55,728 bases of DNA, from the IMG/VR virus record IMGVR_UViG_3300036861_000270, positions 1 through 55,728 of that record. One strand, written 5' to 3'. Below are positions 18,428 to 28,748 of this stretch, one piece after another. The stretch's first letter is position 1; each line of letters starts with the position of its first letter. A program made the position numbers and the translations under genes. The notes beneath the pieces are model-generated. The model had not been told where the DNA came from. It saw only the letters and a list, made by a program, of their open reading frames with translations, and did no database searches. Source of the DNA: a virus. Taxonomy: Duplodnaviria; Caudoviricetes.

Positions 18428-19579
18428 ATGCCGTACGCGTCAGGATTGGGCGCCAGTCTCGGGTTCGGCGTCGAGGGCACTCCAGGCACCGAGGCCGTGC
18501 CGACCGCCTGGTACGAGTTCCTGTCAGAGTCGCTGGCGCTCACCCCGACCTACCTCGACTCGGCCGGGCTGAAGCAGGGGCAGGCATTCAAGCGGGGCGC
18601 CCGCACCGCGATCAGCCGCTACGACGTCAACGGCGACCTCGTCTTCGAGTTCGCCGACCGTGGCGTGTCAGCGACCGGCGGGAAGGGCATGGGGTTTCTG
18701 CTCCACTACGCCCTCGGGTCACCGGCGACCGGGGCGCAGCAGCTCGGCGCCACCTCCGCATGGCAGCAGGTCCACCAGCCCGGCACGACCGCCGGCCTGT
18801 CACTCACCGCAGAGGTCGGCCGCCCGCAGATCGCAAGCCCCTACACGTCCATCCGGTTCGGGTACTCGGGGATCAAGTTCTCCGGGTGGGAGTTCACCTG
18901 CTCCGACGGCGCGCTCGCGCAGCTGAAGCTCACCGCCGACGGGATGAACTGCACCACCTCCGGCTCCGTCACCCAGCCGGTGTACGCGGCGGCCGCGTAC
19001 CAGGCGAGCATCTTCTCGTTCGTGGACGCCTACGCGGGTGGGTTCCTGATCGGCACGGGCGCCCAGGCCGGCACCGGGTCGCTGCCGGGTACTGGTGGGA
19101 CCGGGACAGGGACCGGGAACTACACCACCCTGACCGGCACCGCCTCGGTCAGCCACGTGGTGAAGGGGTTCACCCTCACCGCCGCCCGGCCGGTCGCCTC
19201 CGAGCGGTACGGGTTCGGCAACGCCGGCATAAAGCGCGAACAGCTTGAGAACGGCATTCCCACCCTAACGGGTACACTAGACGCGGAGTTCACCAACCGC
19301 ACCGAGTTCTACGACCTGTTCTCCACCAACGCGACCCGGTCGTTGCAGCTCGACTTCGCCCACGGCATCAACGGGTCCGGCGCCGACGGCGCCGCCGGCA
19401 GCACCGGCACTGGCGCGTACCGCCTGTCCTTTGTACTGCCGTTCGTGAAGTTCAAGACCGACCCGCTGGCGGTCGGCGGTCCGGACCTGATCCCCGAGTC
19501 CATCGGATTCGAATGTTACGACGACGGTTCGGGCGTTCCGCTCCAAGTGCGGCTTGTGTCCCAGGACCAAGCTTTTTAG
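18428..19579 (+). CDS. major tail (tube) protein
   Basis: 'SGLGASLGFG.E.T.GT', position before the tail assembly chaperone. Confidence 0.82.
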   Translation: MPYASGLGASLGFGVEGTPGTEAVPTAWYEFLSESLALTPTYLDSAGLKQGQAFKRGARTAISRYDVNGDLVFEFADRGVSATGGKGMGFLLHYALGSPATGAQQLGATSAWQQVHQPGTTAGLSLTAEVGRPQIASPYTSIRFGYSGIKFSGWEFTCSDGALAQLKLTADGMNCTTSGSVTQPVYAAAAYQASIFSFVDAYAGGFLIGTGAQAGTGSLPGTGGTGTGTGNYTTLTGTASVSHVVKGFTLTAARPVASERYGFGNAGIKREQLENGIPTLTGTLDAEFTNRTEFYDLFSTNATRSLQLDFAHGINGSGADGAAGSTGTGAYRLSFVLPFVKFKTDPLAVGGPDLIPESIGFECYDDGSGVPLQVRLVSQDQAF

Positions 19580-19584
19580 TCCTT

Positions 19585-19672
19585 CTGACCTGGTAAAATA
19601 GCCGCAGTAAGTGGCCCCGCGCGGGTGGTGCCGCCGGGGCCGTGGCCGACACGAACGGAGCGTGCCGACATG
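19585..19672 (+). promoter_or_regulatory. HNH-leader motif copy
   Basis: CTGACCTG-TAAAAT-AAGTGGCCCCG.../CGGGGCC-GTGGCCGACACG.../CGTGCCGAC-ATG. Confidence 0.72.
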
Positions 19673-20344
19673 GCAGAGCGTACATGCTCTCTCTGCGGGC
19701 AAGTTTTGCCGCTCTCCTGCTTCTATGAGCGGTCGCCTGGTGTCCCTCGCCAGGAATGCAAGGCGTGTCACAGCGAGCGTGCGGCCCGTTGGCGGGAGCG
19801 GAGCCAAGCGAAGATCAAGCTTGCGAGGCAGCGCTACCAGGAAACGCATCGCGATGAGATCCGCGCGCGGAGCAAACGGTACCGTGAGGAATACCCAGAG
19901 CAGATCCGCGCGAAGAAGCACGCTGGCCACATCCGGGACCGCGAGCGGAACCTCGCCCGCAGCAAGCGCTGGCAAGAGGAGAACCCAGAGCGGGCAGCCG
20001 CGATCAAGCGCCGTTACTACGAGGCGAATACGGTTGCCGCCAAGGCTCGCACCAAAGCATGGATCAAGGCGCACCCGGCCGAGAAGGCTGAGCGGCAGCG
20101 GCGGGATCGCGCCCGGAAGCTGGCTACGTCCGTTGTTCGCATCACTCCCGACCTGCTGGCCGCGAAGCTGGCGTACTGGGGCTGGCGGTGCTGGTTGTGT
20201 GGTGGCGAGCCGACAACCTGGGACCATGTGAAGCCCTCGACCAAGGGCGGCCCCCACATCCTGGCCAACCTGCGGCCTGCCTGCCAGCCGTGCAACACGC
20301 GCAAGCTAAACCGCTGGCCGTTCCCGACCCACCGGAGATGCTGA
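19670..20344 (+). CDS. HNH endonuclease
   Basis: N-terminal CxxC..CxxC, basic helical repeats, 'CWLCG....WDHVKP..KGG.H..ANLRPAC..CN.RK'. Confidence 0.9.
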   Translation: MAERTCSLCGQVLPLSCFYERSPGVPRQECKACHSERAARWRERSQAKIKLARQRYQETHRDEIRARSKRYREEYPEQIRAKKHAGHIRDRERNLARSKRWQEENPERAAAIKRRYYEANTVAAKARTKAWIKAHPAEKAERQRRDRARKLATSVVRITPDLLAAKLAYWGWRCWLCGGEPTTWDHVKPSTKGGPHILANLRPACQPCNTRKLNRWPFPTHRRC

Positions 20345-20541
20345 TGGCAGAACTTGAGGTGTGGAAGTCCACGGCGATTGTCCCGGTGAGCATTCTCGGG
20401 CAGGACGATGAAGGTCGCACGCTGGTGCGTTGCCCTGAATGCGGCGACACCGCCACGGTCATGGAAGACGGAGAGATCCGCTGCCCGTTCGGGGAGACGA
20501 TCCAGGCAGCACTCTCTACCGCGCTGGAGGGACTGTTCTGA
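20344..20541 (+). CDS. small Cys-containing hypothetical protein
   Basis: TGATG coupling on both sides; CPEC. Confidence 0.55.
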   Translation: MAELEVWKSTAIVPVSILGQDDEGRTLVRCPECGDTATVMEDGEIRCPFGETIQAALSTALEGLF

Positions 20542-20930
20542 TGTCGACCATTGAACTCCCCGACGGCCATTCGGCCGACCTCCGCGATGTCGGCGACCTG
20601 CGCCGCGGCGACGTCCGGTTCGCGCTGAAGGCTGCCGACGATGAAGGCATCAACCTGTTCGGTGCCGGGATGGGGCTGTCCGGGATCGGCACCCTGCAGG
20701 ATGCGCTGATCGTGCGGTTCGTGCGCCGCTGGTCGCTGACAGGCGACGACGGCCAGCCGCTCGAGGTGTCACTCGCGTCGGTGCAGGACCTCCCCGTCAG
20801 GTACCACAAGCCGCTGGCGGCGGTGGTCACCCCGGCGCTGGCGGAGATCCTCGGCGGCGGCGAGCAGAACGGACAGACGGCAACCCCTTTACCCGCGGGA
20901 CCCTCGTCAACATCGGCCAGTACGGGCTGA
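20541..20930 (+). CDS. tail assembly chaperone (gpG-like)
   Basis: 'RRWSL....QPL.V....VQDLP'; slippery C CCT TTA at 20885-20891. Confidence 0.8.
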   Translation: MSTIELPDGHSADLRDVGDLRRGDVRFALKAADDEGINLFGAGMGLSGIGTLQDALIVRFVRRWSLTGDDGQPLEVSLASVQDLPVRYHKPLAAVVTPALAEILGGGEQNGQTATPLPAGPSSTSASTG

Positions 20931-21130
20931 AGCCGCAGCTCGCGCAGCGCCTGGATCCGGTCTGGCATGCCGCCCTGGATGACCTGTGGTGGGCTGACCG
21001 GTTCCGGTGGACTCCCACCATGGTTGACGAGCTCGGCTGGAGGCAGGCGGAACGGCTCCGGTTCGTGACCAAGGCGGTCGACGAGGGCCGGCAGAAACGC
21101 GCCGACGAGGAGGCGAAGCGTGACCGCTGA
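20541..21130 (+). CDS. tail assembly chaperone gpGT-like, via -1 frameshift at 20885-20891
   Basis: -1 frame open to TGA at 21128-21130, encoding 'WWADRFRWTPTMVDEL'. Confidence 0.75.
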
Positions 21131-21368
21131 GCTGACGTACAAACCCATGCAGCTGGAGGTTGAAACGACCGATGGGACCCCCGCGACCGCCAGCGTCCAG
21201 ATCGACGGTAAGCAGGTCCTCGACGTGGCGGCGGTCGACTTCCACATCGACGGGGACGCTGCGCAAACGGTCCTGACCCTCGACATGCCGGCGATCAAGG
21301 TGGCGGGCCTGATCCCGACTGCGCTGGTCTGCACGCACTGCGGCCAGCAGATACCAGAGCTGGCCTGA
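21120..21368 (+). CDS. hypothetical protein
   Basis: GAGGAGG RBS; C-terminal CxxC. Confidence 0.6.
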   Translation: MTAELTYKPMQLEVETTDGTPATASVQIDGKQVLDVAAVDFHIDGDAAQTVLTLDMPAIKVAGLIPTALVCTHCGQQIPELA

Positions 21369-21389
21369 TGGCCAAGAGAGAGCTGAACG

Positions 21390-21536
21390 ATGAAGTGGCT
21401 GCATGTGACCAACAACACAGGTAACGCTCTGGTGATCCAGTACAACGCGGGGGCCTATCCGATCACCGTCCAGCCCGGCCGTTGGTGCTTCGGATGGACC
21501 AAGGAACCGCATTGCCGGCCAAAGGTGAGGCGATGA
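21390..21536 (+). CDS. small hypothetical protein (48 aa)
   Basis: MKWLHVTN...; ATGA overlap with the next ORF. Confidence 0.45.
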   Translation: MKWLHVTNNTGNALVIQYNAGAYPITVQPGRWCFGWTKEPHCRPKVRR

Positions 21537-21628
21537 ACGATCTGAAGTTCGGCGCGTACTTCCTGTTCGCCTGCTGTGCCTTCATGGTCGCGCTGATCGG
21601 TTGGAGCTTCTGGCGCGTGTATCACTGA
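21533..21628 (+). CDS. 31-aa single-TM peptide
   Basis: MNDLKFGAYFLFACCAFMVALIGWSFWRVYH; coupled on both sides. Confidence 0.5.
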   Translation: MNDLKFGAYFLFACCAFMVALIGWSFWRVYH

Positions 21629-22134
21629 TGCCGAAGATCGAGGCTGCCGACTACATCCAGCTGTACCGCGCGACCCGGGGGATGAAGCCGGAGATCCGCA
21701 GCGCGTTCCGGAAGCGGCTGCGGAAGGCCGCCAAGATCGGCGCGGACGCCGCCCGGGTGAAGATCCGCACGATGCCCGCCACCGCCAAGTACACCGCCAC
21801 CGGCGCCGGGCGGCATGCCCGCGGCAAGAAGGTGGTCGGCTTGCGGTCCACGCTGGTACTGGACATCAAGGTCAGCGTGACCGCCCGGGAGATTGCGGTC
21901 AAACAGTTTTCAGCCGGGCTCCGCGGCCGCAACGCCCGCGATCTGCCACGCGACATCGACAAGGGCGGGTGGCGCCACCCCGTGTACGGGCGCAAGCCGG
22001 ATGTGTTCCAGCGGGGCTACCCGTACTTCCAGTCGACGATGCGGGAGAAACGGCCAGCGATGGAACGCGAGGTCCAAGGCGTGCTGGACGACATCAAGGC
22101 GAAGGTCATCGCGCGGCAGCTTCATCTCGGTTAG
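21628..22134 (+). CDS. HK97 gp10-like tail/neck protein (putative)
   Basis: Basic protein, 'WRHPVYG...Q...PYF', located before the tape measure gene. Confidence 0.65.
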   Translation: MPKIEAADYIQLYRATRGMKPEIRSAFRKRLRKAAKIGADAARVKIRTMPATAKYTATGAGRHARGKKVVGLRSTLVLDIKVSVTAREIAVKQFSAGLRGRNARDLPRDIDKGGWRHPVYGRKPDVFQRGYPYFQSTMREKRPAMEREVQGVLDDIKAKVIARQLHLG

Positions 22135-22421
22135 TCGGGCGCGTCCTCGGCAACAGTGAGGCGGCTGATGACCCGCCAGTCACCGGGCTTACCCGCAGCC
22201 ACCGGCTCTTGGATGCCTGCCTCCCGTTGCATCCCAAGTTCGATGGCGACATCCATCTCAGTGATCTTCGACCACTCGAGCCGTGGCGCTCCGATGGGAT
22301 GGAGCCCGTTCCGCTCGGCTAGGTCGATGGCCTGCTCGGCAAGCATGCGCTCAAGGCCTTCCGCATCGGCGGCCTCGCGGAATTCCGCTGTGACGACCTG
22401 GATGCTGCCCCATTTGCCCAT
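22131..22421 (-). CDS. hypothetical protein (reverse-strand insert)
   Basis: Apparently leaderless: TAGACT 7 nt upstream of ATG. Confidence 0.6.
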   Translation of the reverse strand: MGKWGSIQVVTAEFREAADAEGLERMLAEQAIDLAERNGLHPIGAPRLEWSKITEMDVAIELGMQREAGIQEPVAAGKPGDWRVISRLTVAEDAPD

Positions 22422-22460
22422 GCCTACAAGTCTAGCTCAAGGAAAGGGGGTGGTCTTCAG

Positions 22461-25086
22461 ATGGCCGGGAACACCGCAAGTCTGACATTTCAAGCTGTTC
22501 GGAATTGACGTCAACGCCTCGAGGACCATCTCCGGTGTGGGCGTCGCCGCTGCTGGCACGGCCAAGGATCTCCAGGTACTGAGTACGGGCACCTTGAAGT
22601 TCGTCGCCGCTGCCGGCGCCGCCGGGATTGCCTCCGTCGGCCTGGCCGGCACGCTCGGTGTCGGCCTGGGTGCGGCGTTCGCCGGGGTCGGTGTCGCCGC
22701 AGCGCTGATGAACAAGAACGTCCGTAAGGAGTTCAAGGATCTCGGGCAGGGGTTGAAGAACCAGCTCGCCGCGGACGCCAAGCCGGTGCAGGACACGATG
22801 CTTGGGCTGGTGAAGTACATCCGCGAGAGCCTGAAGACGATGCAGCCGGTCTTGCAGGGGTTCTTCAAGTCTGTCGCGCCGCTGGTGGACGTGTTCGGGA
22901 AGGGCCTGGTCAGTGCGGTGTTCAATGTGATCACCGAGTTCCAGCCGCTGATCAAGCAGGTCCTGCCGATCGTGCGGGAGTTCTTCAACCAGATCCCTGA
23001 CCTGGTCGGCAATCTCGCTGCGGCGTTGCACCTGATCCTGGCGCCGCTGTCGGGGAACACCAAGGCGTTCGGGACCCTCTTGCAGACCATCGGGTCGCTG
23101 CTCCCGATCGTGGGGTCGATCATCGGGTCGCTGGTCCGGCTTGGCCAGCAGATCATGCCGGCGTTCCAGCAGGCGATCCTCGGGGTTGGCACCGCGTTGG
23201 ACTCCGGGCTGATGAAGGTGTTGCCACTGGTCGGTAAGGCGATCAACCAGATGCTCCCCGCGATCGGCCACCTTGCTGGGGCGCTGTTCCCCGCCTTGGC
23301 GGCGATCCTGCGGGCCCTGTTGCCGGTCCTGTCCAGCGTCGTCGCGGCGCTGGCCGGCGCGTTGGCGAAGGTGCTGCCGCAGCTTGTGCCTGCGTTCGTC
23401 GGGCTCATCCAGGTGGTCGGGCAGCTCCTGAAGGGACTCCAGCCGCTGCTGCCGTCGCTGGTCTACCTGGCGGTGTGGATCAGCAAGGTCGCCAACAACC
23501 TGCTGAGCGCGATCATCCCCGTCGTGACGGCGCTGCTCGGCGGGCTCGTGCCCGCGTTGAAGGTGATCCTGCCGATCATCATCCAGGTCGCCAACCAGGT
23601 TGGGAACGCGCTGGCGGTGGCGTTCAAGCAGGCCGCCCCGTCGCTGGTGCAGGTCGCCAAGGCGGTCGGGCAGCTCCTCATCGCCCTGGCTCCCCTTATC
23701 CCGGTGGTGGTGACTGCGGCACTGGCGTTCCTGCCGATCATTCCCGCGGTCGCCAAGATCGCCAGCGTGCTCGCGCAGGGCCTGGTCCCGATCGTGCTGG
23801 CGCTCACCCCGCTGCTGGTGTTCCTGGCACCAACGCTGGTGAAGCTGGCGGTCGCGGCCAAGCTGTACGCGGTCGCGCAGGGGATCCTGAACGTGGTCCT
23901 GGCCGCCAACCCGATCGGGATCGTGATCGTCGCGCTGATCGCCTTGGCGGCTTGGCTGGTGCATTTGTGGAAGACCTCGGAGACATTCCGCAACATCGTC
24001 ACCGGCTCGTTCAATGCGGTGAAACGGGTCGTCATGGACGTGTGGAACTGGGTGAAGCGGAACTGGCCGCTGCTGCTGGCGATCCTCACCGGCCCGATCG
24101 GCGCCGCGACGATCCTGATCATCCGCAATTGGAACAACATCAAGAACGCCGCCGTGACCGCGTTCACCGCCGTGGTCGGCTGGTTCAGGGCACTGCCGGG
24201 ACGGATCACCGGCGCGATCGGTGATCTTGGCCGGCTGCTCACCCAGGCCGGCCGGAACCTGATCAGCGGACTGTGGTCGGGGATCAAGGCGATGTGGGAC
24301 ACCGTGGTCGGCTGGTTCAAGGGTCTGCCCTCCAAGATCCTCGGGGCGCTTGGGATCCACTCCCCCCCCGACTGGGCGATCTCTGCGGGCAAGCATGTGA
24401 TGGGCGGCATCCTCAAGGGTCTGGCCCACGGTGCCGCCGACGTGGCCGGGTTCTTCAAGGGCCTGGCGTCGAGCATCACCGGGCCACTGGCGAGCATCTG
24501 GGCGGGGATCACCGCCCCCGGCGGGCCCGCCGGATACGCCACCATCGTCGAGCTGGCACAGGCGATGGTGGCGGCCCGCTGGGGCATGGGACAGTGGCCA
24601 GCGTTCAACGCGTTGGAGATGCGGGAGGCCGGCTACAACCCGTTCGCGACCAACCCATCCTCGGGGGCGTTCGGGATCCCGCAGGCACTGCCACCGTCGA
24701 AGTTGCCCCCAGCGGCCCGGTCGTTGTCGGTGGCGGGGTCGCTGATGAACATGGCGGCCGCGCAGTTGCAGTGGATGCTCGGCTACATCTCCGACCGGTA
24801 CGGCAATCCCGCCGGCGCGTGGGCGCATGAGCAGGCGTTCAACTGGTACGCCGGCGGCATGCCGCCGACCCTGTTCTCCCGTCCGACCCTGATCGGTGTT
24901 GGTGAGGCGGGCCCGGAGACCGTGTCGGTGCTGCCCGGCCGCCGCAGCGCCGCAGTCGTCAACCATTACCACGTGCACATCAACGGAGTGGTTGGCGGCA
25001 AGTCCGAGGTGATCGGCTGGCTCCGGCAGGGACTGCGTGAGTCGCTGCGGCGGGATGGCAAGACCACCATCGCCAACCAGTTCTAG
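22461..25086 (+). CDS. tape measure protein with C-terminal lytic transglycosylase domain; +1 frameshift near codon 10 (continuous ORF from 22537)
   Basis: Amphipathic helical repeats, 'LAANPIGIVI', 'LGIHSP'; 'REAGYNP.ATNPSSGAFGIPQALP...YI..RYG'. Confidence 0.88.
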
Positions 25087-25095
25087 GAGCCGTCC

Positions 25096-25779
25096 GTGGC
25101 AACCAAGTACCCCGCCGCGCTCGACGACGACACCACCATCCCCGACGACCTTGTCGTGGATGGGGTGACCACCGGGCACGACACGCACCACCCGAACGCG
25201 CACGGCGCGATCCGCGCGCTTGAGGCCAAACTCGGCATCGGTAGTTCGACCGCCGCTGCCGCGACGACCGGGTGGGTGCCGGTCAAGCAGGGCGACGGGA
25301 CCACCGCGTGGGCGGCGGTACCGGCCGGGACGCCCGCCTCCACGGTCACGGCGATGGACTACACCACTGGCTCGGTGGTGGGGACCGGCACCAACTACGC
25401 GCGGGAGGACCACAAACACAAGTCGGATCGGCCGATCCTGCCGTTCCTGTGGACCGTCGACACGGTCACCAGCCCGCTGGACCTGCAATACAACCTGGTG
25501 GTGCCGTTCAACGCCGACCTGTACAGCTACACGTGCTGGCTGAAGAACGTCGCCACCAGCGGCGCCAACACCAAGGTCGACCTGAAGGTCGGCGGCACCA
25601 CCCGCCTGACGACCCAGCCGGAGATCGTGGTCGGCCAGACCGTCAACACGATCGCGGCGGTGTTCTCCTCCACCACGCTGACGGGTGGGGTGAGCGTCAT
25701 CACCACCCACGTCACGCAGGGGTCGTCTGGTGGGCCGTTGCAGATCCTGCTGCTCGTGCAGTTGACGGTGCCGGCGTGA
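25096..25779 (+). CDS. minor tail protein
   Basis: 'T.YP.ALD', 'I.ALEAKLG', 'YAREDH.H' motifs of phage fibre proteins. Confidence 0.7.
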   Translation: MATKYPAALDDDTTIPDDLVVDGVTTGHDTHHPNAHGAIRALEAKLGIGSSTAAAATTGWVPVKQGDGTTAWAAVPAGTPASTVTAMDYTTGSVVGTGTNYAREDHKHKSDRPILPFLWTVDTVTSPLDLQYNLVVPFNADLYSYTCWLKNVATSGANTKVDLKVGGTTRLTTQPEIVVGQTVNTIAAVFSSTTLTGGVSVITTHVTQGSSGGPLQILLLVQLTVPA

Positions 25780-28118
25780 GCCTCAACTCTCTGTTGGTCC
25801 CCAATGTCGGCTGCCTGTTCGGGGTGTGGCCGTCCACCTCGTGTAATGCGGCGACCAGTCTCGCGACCCGGGTCCGCGACCATGAGTCGCTGATCAACCG
25901 GACCTCGGCCACCAACGGTGTCCTCAACATCGTTCACGCCTACCACGATTGGAATGACTACGCGACCACGTTCCCGACCGCCGACGAGCAGACACTGGCT
26001 AGCGAGGGCCGGCTGCTGCTGATCCACTGGACCCCGCGGATCTACGGGACCTCGACGCAGTACAGCTGGGCCAATATCGCTGCGGGGGCCTACGACAACT
26101 CGATCGTGATCCCCCAGGCACGGCTGATGCGTGACTGGGGCACCAGTTTCTTCCTGGCGTTCCACAGCGAGATGAACTCCGGCTCGACGGCGCAGGGTGG
26201 CACCTACGGCACCGACGCTGACTACGCCGCCGCAGCGCAGCACCTCCACGACGTGTTCGTCGCCCAGGGCGCCACCAACGTGGTCTGGGTGTTCAACCCG
26301 TCCGGGTACACCACCACGGTCCCGACCCGGATAAACGCGCTGTACCCGGGGGACGCCTACGTCGACTGGATCAGTTTCGACCCGTACGGGAGCGCCTCGA
26401 CCAGCGAGGACCTCGACTACGTCCTGGGCACCAAGTACCCGATGATCAACTGGGCCACCGTCACCAAGAGCGGCAGCCACACCAAGCCGATCATGCTGGC
26501 CGAGTGGGGGAAGACCGAGACCGGCGGAGCCTATCCGAACACCAAGCAAGGCTTCTTCGACCAGGTCCGCACGACCCTTCAGGCCAGCTACCCGCAGATC
26601 AAGGCGATCGTCTACTTCGACGGCGTCTCCGGGGTCAGCCAGTGCCTGAACACCTCCACCAATGCCCTGAAGGGGTACCAGGATCTGGCTAAGGCGGACT
26701 ACTTCAACCCGGACCTGAGCCCGACCGGCCCACCGATCAGCACGGGCTCGTTCCGGTCCAGCGTCGCCGCCACGTTCTCCAACACCAAGTCCAAAGCGAT
26801 CACGATCCCTGTCGATGTGCAGGCCGGCGACGGGATGCTGCTGTGGCACACCTGCACCCGCGCGGAGCTCCGGCAGGCCGCTGAGGGCACCAACGCCACC
26901 AACGTCACCGTTGCCAACTCCGGCGCCAAGGGTTCCAACCCGCTGGATGGGGTGTCGGCGACCCCACCGACCTATGACACGACCCAGAAGCACTCGGGCG
27001 CCTCCTCGTGGCTTGCGGGTCTGGCCGCGCAGACAACCCGTGCTGGCTGGTGGGAGGCCAGCTTCGGGACGCAGGTCTCCGGGGTGCCGTACTGGGGGGA
27101 GAAGTACTTCCGGATCCCGTCGGTGCCACCAGCCGCGATCCGGCTGTTCCAGCAGGCCGGCGTCGCCGGCTCCCCAGCGTTCCAGTGGGGCCTGGCAATC
27201 GACGTGACCACCGGGAAGCTGGTCATCCGCGACGGTGGGGGCACCAACCGGGCAACGTCGACTGCCGCGCCCGCGGTGAACACCCAGCATCGTGTCGAAT
27301 GGCAGTGCGACTGGAACGGGTCGACCACCACCGTCATCGCGCGGCTGTTCCTCGGCACCAACGTGGACGGCACCACCCCGGATGAGACGCTGACCTCCAC
27401 GCCGTTCACGCAGGCCGCCGCGGGGGGCCGCTACTACTTCGGTGCGCTGTCCTCCACCGCGCAGACATGGGCGCCATGGGTGGACGACTTCCGGCTTTCA
27501 AAGAACGGCTGGATCGGCCCGCAAGGGACCTCCCCGGCCCTCACCGCCCCGACCGGATGGACGTTCGTTGACTCCCGGCAGATCACCGACGGGCCCGTCG
27601 AGCTCATCAGCCGGCTGTACCGCCGGACCGCGCAGGCCGGTGACCCTGGCTCCGCGATCACGCTGACCACCGACGTGCTCGCGCATGGGTCGATCGACCT
27701 GGTCGCCTACTCCGGCGTTGACCAGCTTGCCGTGGTTGATGTGTCGGCGACCCCATCCACGAAGACGACTGACTCAACCACGGTCGTCACTCCTACGACG
27801 CCGACCACCACCGGCACTGCCGACATCATCGTCTCGGCGGCGTTCACCCGCGACAACCCGGGCGGCCTCACCAGCTCCTGGACGCTACCCGGCGGGGAAG
27901 TGCAACGTGCGGTGGCGTTCCCCTCCGGCACCGCTGACGGCAGGGTCGCCGGAATCGTCACCGACGATGCCGTCACCCATGGCGTCGGAACGTACGGGGC
28001 GAAAACGTTCACCTCCAACGCCACCAGTTACTTGGGCATTGGATGGACGATCGCACTCCTGTCGACGGCGGCGGTATCCAGCGGCCAGTCGTTCGGAATG
28101 ATGCAGACGCACAACTAG
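25776..28118 (+). CDS. tail protein with GH26-like glycoside hydrolase domain
   Basis: 'SEMN' (acid/base), 'VVWVFNP', 'YPGDAYVDWISFDPY', 'KPIMLAEWG' (nucleophile); GTGA overlap. Confidence 0.8.
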   Translation: MSLNSLLVPNVGCLFGVWPSTSCNAATSLATRVRDHESLINRTSATNGVLNIVHAYHDWNDYATTFPTADEQTLASEGRLLLIHWTPRIYGTSTQYSWANIAAGAYDNSIVIPQARLMRDWGTSFFLAFHSEMNSGSTAQGGTYGTDADYAAAAQHLHDVFVAQGATNVVWVFNPSGYTTTVPTRINALYPGDAYVDWISFDPYGSASTSEDLDYVLGTKYPMINWATVTKSGSHTKPIMLAEWGKTETGGAYPNTKQGFFDQVRTTLQASYPQIKAIVYFDGVSGVSQCLNTSTNALKGYQDLAKADYFNPDLSPTGPPISTGSFRSSVAATFSNTKSKAITIPVDVQAGDGMLLWHTCTRAELRQAAEGTNATNVTVANSGAKGSNPLDGVSATPPTYDTTQKHSGASSWLAGLAAQTTRAGWWEASFGTQVSGVPYWGEKYFRIPSVPPAAIRLFQQAGVAGSPAFQWGLAIDVTTGKLVIRDGGGTNRATSTAAPAVNTQHRVEWQCDWNGSTTTVIARLFLGTNVDGTTPDETLTSTPFTQAAAGGRYYFGALSSTAQTWAPWVDDFRLSKNGWIGPQGTSPALTAPTGWTFVDSRQITDGPVELISRLYRRTAQAGDPGSAITLTTDVLAHGSIDLVAYSGVDQLAVVDVSATPSTKTTDSTTVVTPTTPTTTGTADIIVSAAFTRDNPGGLTSSWTLPGGEVQRAVAFPSGTADGRVAGIVTDDAVTHGVGTYGAKTFTSNATSYLGIGWTIALLSTAAVSSGQSFGMMQTHN

Positions 28119-28654
28119 GAGAGGAGACGTTTACGGGCGCGCCTCTCACGAGCGAGTTGTCGATCGCAGGCACGGCAGCAACGTTCGCCACGGCGAGTGA
28201 TTCGCGTATTGCGCTCGTCGAATGGATGGCCGCGTAGGCAGTGCGTCATCCGCGCCCGTTGCGCACTCAATGAGCCACTACGCAGGACGTTCTCTTGCTG
28301 CGTGACCGGCTCTAGGTGAGCGGGGTTCACGCAGGATGTGACCCCGCAGAGATGGTCGATCACAAGTCCGATAGGAATCGGACCGACCATCCGCTCATAG
28401 GCGTAGCGGTGGACGAGCATGCGATGTCCTCGCTCTGGATAGCACATGCCATAGCCAGCACGGTTACGGTTGCCAGTCCAAAGCCAGCATGTCTCGGTCT
28501 TCTCAACCTTGGCCCAGAAGCGCTGTTCAGGGGTGGGCAGCTTCGTTGTCCCGAGTCGCTTCCATCGGCCGTAGTGCATCACGCACAGGCCGTGCCCGCA
28601 GTGACGGGTGACTGGCTGGTTGCAGTCATCGACTGAACAGATACGCTCTGGCAC
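28115..28654 (-). CDS. HNH endonuclease (HNH_3-like)
   Basis: 'RFWAKVEKT..CWLWTG...GYG', 'IDHLC....CVNP.HLEPVT..EN', 'THC.RGHPF'. Confidence 0.9.
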   Translation of the reverse strand: MPERICSVDDCNQPVTRHCGHGLCVMHYGRWKRLGTTKLPTPEQRFWAKVEKTETCWLWTGNRNRAGYGMCYPERGHRMLVHRYAYERMVGPIPIGLVIDHLCGVTSCVNPAHLEPVTQQENVLRSGSLSAQRARMTHCLRGHPFDERNTRITRRGERCCRACDRQLARERRARKRLLS

Positions 28655-28743
28655 GTCGGTCCCTCCCGGGGGATCGGCCAGCCCCGGGCGGTCCACATCC
28701 GCGCCGGGGCACTTCATTGCCTGATTCTACTGTGCAGGTGAGA
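28652..28743 (-). promoter_or_regulatory. HNH-leader motif copy (minus strand)
   Basis: CTCACCTG-TAGAAT-AAGTGCCCCGG.../CCGGGGC-TGGCCGATCCC.../GGGACCGAC-GTG. Confidence 0.7.
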
Positions 28744-28748
28744 CGGAC

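Noticed and set aside
20885-20891. -1 frameshift in the tail assembly chaperone as a novelty
   Set aside because: Well supported but standard in long-tailed phages, so it is listed as a feature only
22432-25710. 1092-aa minus-strand ORF and other long antisense ORFs (e.g. 5792..7162, 14688..15887, 25527..27290)
   Set aside because: These are shadow ORFs opposite well-supported genes, which are expected in high-GC DNA
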